Virus record (IMG/VR): IMGVR_UViG_3300045988_028519
Direction: 5' to 3' (one strand)
Length of the DNA stretch: 45,637 bases
From: a virus
This document shows positions 8,893 through 16,383 of the stretch, one piece after another. The position numbers and the translations under genes were made by a program. Under the pieces are notes generated by a model. It ran no database searches and was not told where the DNA came from. It saw only the letters and a list, made by a program, of their open reading frames with translations. Position 1 is the first letter of the stretch. Each line of letters starts with the position of its first letter.

Positions 8893-9744
8893 TTACTTGT
8901 ATTTTTTGAACTTAGCCACAAGCTGTGCGTGGGTAAGGTTCGGAAATGCGTGCTTCATCATCTGCATTTCCTGCGGGTCGATTACAATATCGTCACCGCC
9001 CGCATTGCCTGCTGTGGTGGTCAGGTGGCTCTTGCCGTTGACATTGTTCATTGCCTGCTGCTTTGCCGCTGCTGCGCGCTTGCCGGTCAGCTGGTCAAAG
9101 TTCGCAAGGCGGAACGCATCAACGAGCGAATAGCCTCTGTTGACGTACTCGTTAAAAACGGGTGCGTTCGGGTGGTTTGCCAGTGCAGCAACGTCGGTAA
9201 TGGACGGGTCAAGGTGGGAAATCTCCTTGATTGCCTCGTTCATCTGCCGTTCGCCCTCCTCCATCTGCACACGGTCAAGCACTTCCTGCGCCTGCCGTAC
9301 AGTGGGGTTGTTTGCGATCATCTGATCGATCATGGACGGGTCAAGCCCTGCCTGCTGCATCTGGTCGCGCTGATATGCCTGCTGATACGCCTGCAAATCA
9401 GCCTCAGAGGTGATCGGCTTGTTGGTGTACGGGTCAAGCTGACCCTCGTACATCTGCCGAATGACCTCATCCTTTGCCGCCTGACGCTCCTGCTGAATGC
9501 GCTCATTAAACTGCGCTTCCGCTCTGCGTCTTGCAGCGGCAAATCGTGCGTTATCTTCCGCACTCTGTACTCCCTCGGGTGCAGCTTCGGCGGTCTGCTG
9601 CTCGTTTTCGCCTGTTTCCTCGGGTCCGATGGACGCAGTTTCGGCGGTTTCCTGCTCGTTTACGCCTGCCTCGGTGTTTTCCACTTCGGTTTCCATAATT
9701 TCTTCCATTTGGGTGTTCCTTTCCGGATTTTTACGCTGTTCCAT
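8893..9744 (-). CDS. Scaffolding protein
   Basis: 283 aa, very acidic, Q/E-rich and helical. It sits between the portal and capsid genes. Confidence 0.65.
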   Translation of the reverse strand: MEQRKNPERNTQMEEIMETEVENTEAGVNEQETAETASIGPEETGENEQQTAEAAPEGVQSAEDNARFAAARRRAEAQFNERIQQERQAAKDEVIRQMYEGQLDPYTNKPITSEADLQAYQQAYQRDQMQQAGLDPSMIDQMIANNPTVRQAQEVLDRVQMEEGERQMNEAIKEISHLDPSITDVAALANHPNAPVFNEYVNRGYSLVDAFRLANFDQLTGKRAAAAKQQAMNNVNGKSHLTTTAGNAGGDDIVIDPQEMQMMKHAFPNLTHAQLVAKFKKYK

Positions 9745-9758
9745 GCGATTTTGGGCAT

Positions 9759-9783
9759 AAAAAAACCGCCCTTTCGGACGGTT
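9759..9783 (-). terminator. Rho-independent terminator (minus strand) just upstream of the scaffold gene
   Basis: The minus-strand RNA reads AACCGUCC-GAAA-GGGCGGUU: 8 bp including one G-U, which would be a C-A mismatch on the plus strand. It is followed by U7. Confidence 0.65.
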
Positions 9784-9796
9784 CCGCTATTCCCTT

Positions 9797-9937
9797 TTAC
9801 TTGCCGCTCTTAGAGGAGCGCAGATCGCCGCCGGTCTTAACGGTCGGCTTCTTGGTCTTGGTCTGCTGATACAGCGCCTTGACCTCCATGCTGCCGGAGT
9901 TCTTCACCTTGCCGGCCAGAGTTGCACACTTTGCCAT
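9797..9937 (-). CDS. Small basic protein (46 aa)
   Basis: ATG preceded by AAAGGAGGTG. The product is MAKCATLAGKVKNSGSMEVKALYQQTKTKKPTVKTGGDLRSSKSGK. It is below the ORF-track size cutoff. Confidence 0.5.
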   Translation of the reverse strand: MAKCATLAGKVKNSGSMEVKALYQQTKTKKPTVKTGGDLRSSKSGK

Positions 9938-9938
9938 A

Positions 9939-10058
9939 CTATTTCACCTCCTTTACTATCTGCTTATAGTTTGGGCACTGCGGATTTTTGCAGATAAGCA
10001 CGAGCTTACCGTCTACAGTGTCCGTCTTCGTGTCAATCTTACAGATTGGACATACCAA
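9939..10058 (-). CDS. Possible 39-aa zinc-ribbon ORF overlapping the portal 3' end
   Basis: TTG start 7-9 nt after GGAGGGAGG. The product is MVCPICKIDTKTDTVDGKLVLICKNPQCPNYKQIVKEVK (CxxC..CxxxxC). Confidence 0.3.
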   Translation of the reverse strand: MVCPICKIDTKTDTVDGKLVLICKNPQCPNYKQIVKEVK

Positions 10059-11976
10059 GACTGCCGCCTCCCTCCTGATAACTCGGCATATCATCCAGAT
10101 TTACCGCCTGCGTCGGGTCTGCAATCTCGGTCGGCATGCTCTGCTTCATCATTGCCTGCCGCTGTGCCATCATCTGCTGCTGCATCTGCTGCTGTTCCAG
10201 CCGTTCGGAAAGCTGCTGTTTTACTTCGCTTGCCAGCGGGTAGTGCAGCCCCTCCATGATCGTCCAGAACGTCAAGAGGCTCTGCATATCGGTCGGGTCA
10301 CCAAAACAGCCGTTTTCGAGGTTCATTCTCGCCTCCTGCCAGAGGTTTTCGCGGTTGCCCGCAAGCGGCGCGGTCTGGTCGACGCTGAACAGAAATTCAT
10401 CGTTCCAGTACGGTTCGCCCGCCTCATCCACCTTGAGAAAGTCCATCTTGTTAAACGTGCCGTACATCTGCGTGCCGTTGGTGTCCTTGTAAACCATCGG
10501 TCGCGGCTCGTCCGAGTACGCCAGCAGGAACTTAAACATAACCTCGAACAATTCCGCATAGGCGGCGTTCTTCATCACCTTTCGGCTTTCCAGTCGTCCG
10601 GCGGTCTGTGCCGCTGCAAACTGCTTTGCCGTACCAGAGGTTGCGGTGGTATCCTTGCGCCCCTGGAACGAATCCGTAATACCAATCAGATTACGCATTG
10701 CTGTGTAGGTGCTGTCCTCAAACGCCATATCGCGGGAAATATCCGGCTGCAGGGTCAGAACATCGAGCATCGCCTTTTCGCTTGCATCCTCTATCTCAAG
10801 GATTTTGAAGTTCTCGTCCGTGCGCCGTATCTGCTTGCCTCGCGGCAGTGTGATAACCGAGCCGCCGCCCAGCAGCTTTTGCGAAATTGCGCTGTCGAGC
10901 TTGTTTACAAGCATCTGCTGATCCCGTATCATGTCCACGTCTGAGGACCCTAACAGCTTACCGACAACAGATACATTTCGCCGCAGTACCACCGGATACA
11001 CGTCCGGCTTGTAGTACGGTATCATGTCGTTTTCCTCGCGCTGTGTAACGGTAGGGTTGCCCTTCTCATCAAGGCTGATATGTTCAACCATCTTGGTCAT
11101 CGGAATACCGTTCTCATCCGTCCGCGCGAAGTCCTTGACGGTTTTCTGTTCACCGCTCTTACTGCCGCAGTACGGGCAGGTATCGCCCTGCATATCCGCG
11201 CCGCACTTGCTGCACGTCTTAATGCGCCGCGCCTGATAGTCATCCATGTACTCCAGCAGTACGTCATTGCACCACGCCACGCGCCCGATACCGCCGTCAG
11301 CGTTGTGGAAGTATCCGATGTTCTCGGTTACCAGATCATCTACCACGCTTTGCTCAAAGCCTCGTGCGTCCGGCTGTTCCTCGTCCTCGGCGGATACGTC
11401 CTTTCCGTACTTCTTTTTGATGTACTCCTTGCTCTGTGCGAGCTGAATGAAGAAGTAATCCATCTCCGGGATATTGTAAACGCCCGGCTGTGGGATGAAC
11501 TGCTTGGGATGCAGCAGCGTAACACTCAGTGCGCCGCGCGTCGTGTGCGTCCGCTTGGTGTTGTCCCATTCCACAAGGAACAAATCTCCGCCGTGCGTCG
11601 GTGTGGTTCGCTCGTCCTGATCGTTCAAGCGCTCAAAGGGAAGCCGGTCAAGCTCATTGCGGATATAGTCCTCAATGGTTTTCGCAAGCTGTTCGTCTTC
11701 CTCGTGTCTCGGCGTAACCTTGGGCGTTGGAATGTCGCTCGATACTTCCGCCTCGATGATTTCCGCAACCACGTTCCGCGCCACTACTGCATCTTGCGCT
11801 TTCTGGTTCTTGCCGTGCACCTTGTCGATCTTATGCGTTCCCCGATAGATTTCTTCCCGCTCGACCATCAGATTAAGTTCGTCCTGGTACTTGCTCCTCG
11901 CCTTGCTTAGCCTGTCCTGCCACTTCTTCAAAATCGCCTCGTCGCTTTTCCCCGTTTTATCAAACGGATTTTGCAT
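10039..11976 (-). CDS. Portal protein, with an internal CxxC..CxxC zinc-ribbon insertion
   Basis: 645 aa, directly downstream of TerL. The insertion is CSKCGADMQGDTCPYCG at aa 255-270 (nt 11167-11214). Confidence 0.7.
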   Translation of the reverse strand: MQNPFDKTGKSDEAILKKWQDRLSKARSKYQDELNLMVEREEIYRGTHKIDKVHGKNQKAQDAVVARNVVAEIIEAEVSSDIPTPKVTPRHEEDEQLAKTIEDYIRNELDRLPFERLNDQDERTTPTHGGDLFLVEWDNTKRTHTTRGALSVTLLHPKQFIPQPGVYNIPEMDYFFIQLAQSKEYIKKKYGKDVSAEDEEQPDARGFEQSVVDDLVTENIGYFHNADGGIGRVAWCNDVLLEYMDDYQARRIKTCSKCGADMQGDTCPYCGSKSGEQKTVKDFARTDENGIPMTKMVEHISLDEKGNPTVTQREENDMIPYYKPDVYPVVLRRNVSVVGKLLGSSDVDMIRDQQMLVNKLDSAISQKLLGGGSVITLPRGKQIRRTDENFKILEIEDASEKAMLDVLTLQPDISRDMAFEDSTYTAMRNLIGITDSFQGRKDTTATSGTAKQFAAAQTAGRLESRKVMKNAAYAELFEVMFKFLLAYSDEPRPMVYKDTNGTQMYGTFNKMDFLKVDEAGEPYWNDEFLFSVDQTAPLAGNRENLWQEARMNLENGCFGDPTDMQSLLTFWTIMEGLHYPLASEVKQQLSERLEQQQMQQQMMAQRQAMMKQSMPTEIADPTQAVNLDDMPSYQEGGGSLGMSNL

Positions 11977-11991
11977 TTTATCACCTCATTT

Positions 11992-13497
11992 TCAAAACGG
12001 ATTGCCCCATTTAGATAATAGGTACTCCTTACCGCTCTTGTCGGCGTTGTAGTAATCTTCGTACATATCATCTGACCACTTCGCCCGCTTGCCCTTCGGC
12101 TTATCCTCGGTGTAGCTCTGCTGTGTGCGTGCATAGTAGGCAATCGCCAGCGCCATAACGCAGTCATCGTGCGCGCCCTGTTCCGCCTCTGCTCTGCCCT
12201 TCTCATTGCGGACAAAGGTAAGCATTTCGCCCAGCGTGTCCGCATCGTTCAGCAGCTCCACACTCTCGCGCACCACCTCAACCAGTCCGGCGATAATAAC
12301 CGGCCTTGTAACGCTTGTGGTTTTGAAGCCGTAGCTGTCGCGGGGTCTGTGGGTGTAATTGTCCTCGGTCTGCCGGACGTACTGCCGCGGATAACGCAGC
12401 CGTTGCAGCTCCTTGATCGGGTAGCTGCTGTAATTGGCCTCTATCGCAATCAGCGCCTTGTTGTAGTAGATGCCCAGACAATACATCTGCGCCGCATATA
12501 CATCCTCATCAAACTGATGCCGCAGTGTGCACACCTGCCGCCCGTTGGTGTTGTCGAGCACTTGCCCCACAAACCAGTCTGAGCCCTCGCCCGACGTATC
12601 CCCACCGATCACATACGGCACGCCGTCCCGCCGGTCTTGGTAGATCGTGATATATCCGTCCTCAGCGTCCACCCAGCGGATAGACTTATCATCAATCCGT
12701 ACTTGATTGGCTATGCTGTCGTATGTGGTGGAGTATGCAAAGTACCCTCTGCGTTCCGGAGGCGGCAGCTCCGCAAGTCTGCCGTTGACCTTGGCCGCGT
12801 CAAAGATCGTCTTGCCAATAACGCCCCACTGCCCCAGACAATACACCTGGTAATAGTAAGGGTCACTGTCCTTGTACCCCTCAAGCGTCCGCTTGTAGTC
12901 CTCGTCCAACCATGCGTTATCCTTGTAAGTGGTCTTGAGCGTTACCGCCCGCGGGTCCTTGCGGTCAAAAAACCGCTTTTTAAGCCAGTGCAGCACGTTG
13001 ATCGGGTTAAACGAAAGCGTAATCTGTCCGTGTATCCGCTTGCCTCGCAGACGTATGTCAAGCTGGTTGAAATCAGCCTCGGCAATCTCGCTTGCCTCCT
13101 CAATCCATATATCTGTGAGTTCGCCCTTCGGGAAGGTAACAGACTTGATCTTCTCCGGGTCATCCAAACCCTTAAAAATACAGGCGTTGCCGGTCAGCCT
13201 GCATACAATCTTAAGGTCGGTAACGTCAAACAGACTATGCAAGCCCCAGCCGTTAATAACCTGCTGCAGCAGCGCAAACGTAGACGTGCGGTTGGTGTCG
13301 CCAACCTTGCGGACCACAAGCACATTGCACAGCGGCTTGCTCATCATGCGGACAACCAGCCGTTGTGCTGCAAATACAGACTTACCAGAGCCAGCGCCGC
13401 CGTATAACACAATATATCGGTGCTCATCATCCGAGAGAAGCGGCAGATATGCCGCGTTAAACGCCCGTTTGGGGATATTAACTTGCACCCGCCGCAC
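11992..13497 (-). CDS. terL: Terminase large subunit (PBSX / Terminase_3-like)
   Basis: Walker A motif YGGAGSGKS. The size and its position after TerS fit. The true start may be the GTG at 13488, which lies 7 nt after GGAGG. Confidence 0.9.
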   Translation of the reverse strand: MRRVQVNIPKRAFNAAYLPLLSDDEHRYIVLYGGAGSGKSVFAAQRLVVRMMSKPLCNVLVVRKVGDTNRTSTFALLQQVINGWGLHSLFDVTDLKIVCRLTGNACIFKGLDDPEKIKSVTFPKGELTDIWIEEASEIAEADFNQLDIRLRGKRIHGQITLSFNPINVLHWLKKRFFDRKDPRAVTLKTTYKDNAWLDEDYKRTLEGYKDSDPYYYQVYCLGQWGVIGKTIFDAAKVNGRLAELPPPERRGYFAYSTTYDSIANQVRIDDKSIRWVDAEDGYITIYQDRRDGVPYVIGGDTSGEGSDWFVGQVLDNTNGRQVCTLRHQFDEDVYAAQMYCLGIYYNKALIAIEANYSSYPIKELQRLRYPRQYVRQTEDNYTHRPRDSYGFKTTSVTRPVIIAGLVEVVRESVELLNDADTLGEMLTFVRNEKGRAEAEQGAHDDCVMALAIAYYARTQQSYTEDKPKGKRAKWSDDMYEDYYNADKSGKEYLLSKWGNPF

Positions 13498-13643
13498 CTC
13501 CTAATTGTACAAAATGCGTATTTTGCATAATAAGCAACGCCGTCCGTCTCTCCCTCTGGTATTTACCCCGAGAAATCCGGCACTCAGCCCATCGAAAACC
13601 CTTGATTTTGCAAGTCCGAAAAGTCAATCCTGCATATCAGGGT

Positions 13644-13683
13644 AAAAAAACAGACCTGCACCGCTGTTACGCGGCTGCAAGTC
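13644..13683 (-). terminator. Strong Rho-independent terminator immediately after terS
   Basis: The minus-strand RNA reads GACUUGCA(G)CCGC-guaaca-GCGGUGCAGGUC, which is 12 bp with one bulge, followed by UGUUUUUUU. Confidence 0.7.
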
Positions 13684-13684
13684 C

Positions 13685-14065
13685 TTACTCTGTATCTGTC
13701 ATTTCGTCATCATCGAGCAGCTTAACCGTGATCGTCTGCGCTCCTACGATTTCCCGGCGCTCGATAAACGCGCCAATGCTCCGTGCGCGCAGCTCAGACG
13801 CTTTCAGACGGTCTTTTATATCCGCCTTATCATTACGCATGGTATCGCTCCAAAACGCGTTAATCTCCGCCATATCCGCCACACGGGCACGATCTAACAG
13901 CTCGTCGCGGTCTGATACGTATTTGCTTAGTTTTGCTAAGTTTTGCGCGCCTATCGTGTGGTGATTATCTCCCTTGTAACCGGCAAGCCGTGCCGCCTCT
14001 GTAGCTGTCTTGCCTTGCTTGTAATAATCAATCCATGCCCGCTGTTTTGCGGTCAGCTTGTCCAT
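13685..14065 (-). CDS. terS: Terminase small subunit (Terminase_2-like)
   Basis: MDKLTAKQRAWIDYYKQGKTATEAARLAGYKGDNHHTIGAQNLAK.. is the typical N-terminal HTH of small terminases. Start chosen at the ATG after AAGGGGTGA. Confidence 0.8.
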   Translation of the reverse strand: MDKLTAKQRAWIDYYKQGKTATEAARLAGYKGDNHHTIGAQNLAKLSKYVSDRDELLDRARVADMAEINAFWSDTMRNDKADIKDRLKASELRARSIGAFIERREIVGAQTITVKLLDDDEMTDTE

Positions 14066-14093
14066 ACTCTCACCCCTTACTATATATAGACAC

Positions 14094-14130
14094 AAAAAAG
14101 CCGCCCCGGTTACTTGGAGCGGCTTTTGTC
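14094..14130. terminator. Bidirectional hairpin terminator between the RHH gene and terS
   Basis: AAGCCGC (14098-14104) pairs with GCGGCTT (14119-14125). An A-run lies on one side and a T-run on the other. Confidence 0.55.
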
Positions 14131-14146
14131 TGCCTACAATATGTTG

Positions 14147-14329
14147 TCACTTGTCCATGTCTGCCGTTATCAGCTTATAGACGTAGCTGTTCAGGCTCTC
14201 GCCCTTGCTGGCTGCATACTCCTTAATGCGTTCGCGTTCTCCTTTGGGTACTACGATATTAAGCCGATCGTATGCTTTCGCGTTATACTTATTACTCGCC
14301 CGTGTTCGTGCGTTTGGGTCAACTGCCAT
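14147..14329 (-). CDS. Ribbon-helix-helix (Arc/CopG-type) DNA-binding protein
   Basis: 60 aa. YDRLNIVVPKGERERIKEYAASKGESLNSYVYKLI matches the RHH strand-helix-helix pattern. Confidence 0.7.
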   Translation of the reverse strand: MAVDPNARTRASNKYNAKAYDRLNIVVPKGERERIKEYAASKGESLNSYVYKLITADMDK

Positions 14330-14364
14330 GGTATCACCTCCCTGTTATAGTGTACCACAGCCGT

Positions 14365-14448
14365 TATCATTGCTCAATTATACAATTCCACTAAATATCA
14401 TTGCTCAATTATGTTTACTTTACCTATTGCGTATCATTGCTCAATGAT
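14365..14448. promoter_or_regulatory. Three palindromic operator-like sites, TATCATTGCTCAAT(T/G)AT
   Basis: Copies at 14365-14381, 14396-14412 and 14432-14448. The third contains the perfect inverted repeat ATCATTG-CT-CAATGAT. All three lie in the divergent intergenic region next to the RHH gene. Confidence 0.65.
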
Positions 14449-14510
14449 ATATACTGTAATCACAACAAAGGAAAACACAAACCACCGAAAACAAAATGGA
14501 GGTACACACC

Positions 14511-14666
14511 ATGTTAAACACTAAGACCCTTACCGAGAAGAAAACCACAGCGCTCACCATCTACAAGGCAGCCAAAGCCGCTTACCTTGCAGACCAGAGC
14601 AAAGAAAACTGGATCACATTCTGTGACGCTCGCCGCACCTGCATGTTACTCGGTGTACGCATTTAA
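14511..14666 (+). CDS. Small hypothetical protein (51 aa), first gene of a plus-strand cassette
   Basis: ATG 8 nt after GGAGG. The product is MLNTKTLTEKKTTALTIYKAAKAAYLADQSKENWITFCDARRTCMLLGVRI. Confidence 0.5.
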   Translation: MLNTKTLTEKKTTALTIYKAAKAAYLADQSKENWITFCDARRTCMLLGVRI

Positions 14667-14679
14667 GGAGGTAATCACA

Positions 14680-14886
14680 ATGGCCATCATTAACAAGACT
14701 TTCGCCATCGGCGACACCTACCGCGGCACTCGCGGCGATCTCTTTACCGTAACCGCCACCGGCACACGCAAGATCAACGGCACGCGCCGCACGAGCACCG
14801 CAACCGTCACCCTCACGCACGAGGGCGGCAAGGCTTACGAACTCGACCTCTCCCACGCACAGTGCCTCTTGCTTGCCAAGTGCTAA
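14680..14886 (+). CDS. Small hypothetical protein (68 aa)
   Basis: ATG after AAGGAGG. The product starts MAIINKTFAIGDTYRGTRGDLFTV... Confidence 0.5.
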   Translation: MAIINKTFAIGDTYRGTRGDLFTVTATGTRKINGTRRTSTATVTLTHEGGKAYELDLSHAQCLLLAKC

Positions 14887-14944
14887 AGGTTCTTATTAAC
14901 CAACCACCCGCCCCGGAGGAACGAGGGCAGAAAGGAAAACCATC

Positions 14945-15214
14945 ATGACTAAGCTAATCGCCATTATCGCCGCCCTGCTGCAGATCGTACCGGCCACCCG
15001 CACCATCTCCGGCGAGGTGTACCGCATCGACTACCCGACCGGCACGCAGGACGCGCCTATTGTTACCATCGTCACCGAAGACGGCCACGAGTGGATCACA
15101 GATGACTACATCGCACCGCGTCACACGCCGCTTGAGATCACATTCAGCACCAACAGCACCGCGGACGTAACCGACGACGAGATCATCTTCATTACATCCA
15201 CCTGGACGCGTTAA
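14945..15214 (+). CDS. Small protein with an N-terminal hydrophobic (signal/TM) segment
   Basis: 89 aa. The product starts MTKLIAIIAALLQIVPA.. and has an acidic C-terminal part. Confidence 0.5.
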   Translation: MTKLIAIIAALLQIVPATRTISGEVYRIDYPTGTQDAPIVTIVTEDGHEWITDDYIAPRHTPLEITFSTNSTADVTDDEIIFITSTWTR

Positions 15215-15298
15215 GCATGGGAGCCTCACCGCTCCCTCTCATTCTCCCGCCCGGCTCACGCACCCGCGTCAGAGTATTTTCTAAATAGCATAGCAAAC

Positions 15299-15328
15299 CC
15301 CGCTCACCAAAGCCATAAGGTGAGCGGG
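15299..15328. terminator. Perfect 10-bp hairpin, probable bidirectional terminator ending the plus-strand cassette
   Basis: CCCGCTCACC (15299-15308) pairs with GGTGAGCGGG (15319-15328). It is followed by ATTTGCC on the plus strand and GTTTGCTATGCTATTT on the minus strand. Confidence 0.5.
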
Positions 15329-15334
15329 ATTTGC

Positions 15335-16365
15335 CATATTATACGACTGTTTCGGTTTTGCAGGACTCGCACCTGCTTTCAGCACTATGCAAACCGGTAT
15401 ACCTCCACAGGGAGGTATGAACGCTATCGTCGCGTCTGTACGTCGGGCTTTTACCGAGGCTTGCGCCGCTGTCCAGAACGGTTGTATGAAATCCAGAGAG
15501 GTATTACCTCACTTTCGCAAGTTTACTTGTGTTCCGTCCTGTGATTAGGTATGCTTACAAGAGATAAACAGACTGGTGCTCTTTCGCGGCGTGTACTTAG
15601 CCGCCCGAAAGCGCCGTATCGGCTTTGTAACTTTGTACCGGTGGTTTTGCTCTCGGCTCACTAAGTCCGTGTGAGTGCTTATCCGGGCAGCACTCGCCCT
15701 CTCATTATGGGCTGTTCGGCGTTGCTCTCCGTCGTGTCGCAGTTGCTATCGGTCTGTAATCCGGCTGATTTCCTCGTAAGGTTACAGCGGGGAGCGACCC
15801 CGGTCGCGGCGTGCCTGCAAGCACCCGCTGAACTCTGCAAAGCTGTTGCAGCAGCTCCGCATACGTTCGGAAACAGATTGTCCGTCTTTCCGGACCGCCA
15901 GAATATTATCGTCCTCGTTGGAGGCGTTGTGCTCCCTCCGCCTCATGCAGCTTTGGGAACAGATCGCCTTGCACGTCGTCCGTCATGCAAGGCTTGCCAA
16001 AAGTCCGCCACATTTCCCTTGGCTAAAAAGGTTCCATACGTTACCCGTCCGGCCTCATGCAGCCATTCGGGCATGTTTGCGGTGACTGTTGCCCGCAGGC
16101 ACCGCATCCCATTCTCAATTTTTAGCGTGAATATTATTACTCCGTCACCCTCATGCAGGCTTTGGAGCATATCGGCGTGCCGCGCAAAAGACACGCCGAA
16201 AGAATAGAAAGGATAATCAATGCCTTCGTTCCGTGAAAGGCGCTCCGCCGCCCTCATGCAGACTTTGGAGCAGGTCAGCGGCAGGATTTCCCCGCCGCCT
16301 AAAACGGGACTTTGGGTAGAAATGGAGGAACGAAACTCCGTGATTCTGCTCTTACGAGCTTTTAT
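15335..16365. ncRNA. Candidate large structured non-coding RNA or structured leader (strand unresolved)
   Basis: This is about 1 kb without a credible ORF in a tightly packed genome. It has many perfect 5-10 bp hairpins, alternative pairings and four tandem structured units. It is bounded by the 15299-15328 hairpin and an extended -10 at 16375-16383. Confidence 0.4.
15941..16298. repeat. Four tandem imperfect units (112, 96, 103 nt apart): box CCTCATGCAG-NYTTYGGRRCA plus a hairpin 24-26 nt downstream of the box start
   Basis: Boxes start at 15941, 16053, 16149 and 16252. The hairpins are 15966-15993, 16078-16106, 16173-16198 and 16278-16298. Confidence 0.85.
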
Positions 16366-16374
16366 CACAATACT

Positions 16375-16383
16375 ATTATAACA
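16375..16383 (-). promoter_or_regulatory. Extended -10 element (TGTTATAAT) on the minus strand; the -35 is poor
   Basis: The reverse complement of 16375-16383 reads TGTTATAAT. It would fire into the repeat region. Confidence 0.3.

Noticed and set aside
7373-9133. 586-aa plus-strand ORF
   Set aside because: It is antisense to the capsid, decoration and scaffold genes, which have clear protein character and operon context. It is a typical GC-rich shadow ORF.
15941-16298. CRISPR array or a type III toxin-antitoxin (ToxI-like) RNA repeat array
   Set aside because: The repeats are imperfect, about 100 nt long and internally structured, with no unique spacers. There are no cas genes and no adjacent ToxN/AbiE-like toxin gene.
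15943-16368. 141-aa minus-strand ORF across the tandem units (the apparent LHEG/LHEA repeats)
   Set aside because: - The conserved box falls in different reading frames in different units, with spacings of 112 and 103 nt.
- There is no RBS.
- The conserved parts are a nucleotide box plus covarying stems, not amino-acid repeats.
- A decayed repeat-protein pseudogene cannot be fully excluded without homologues.
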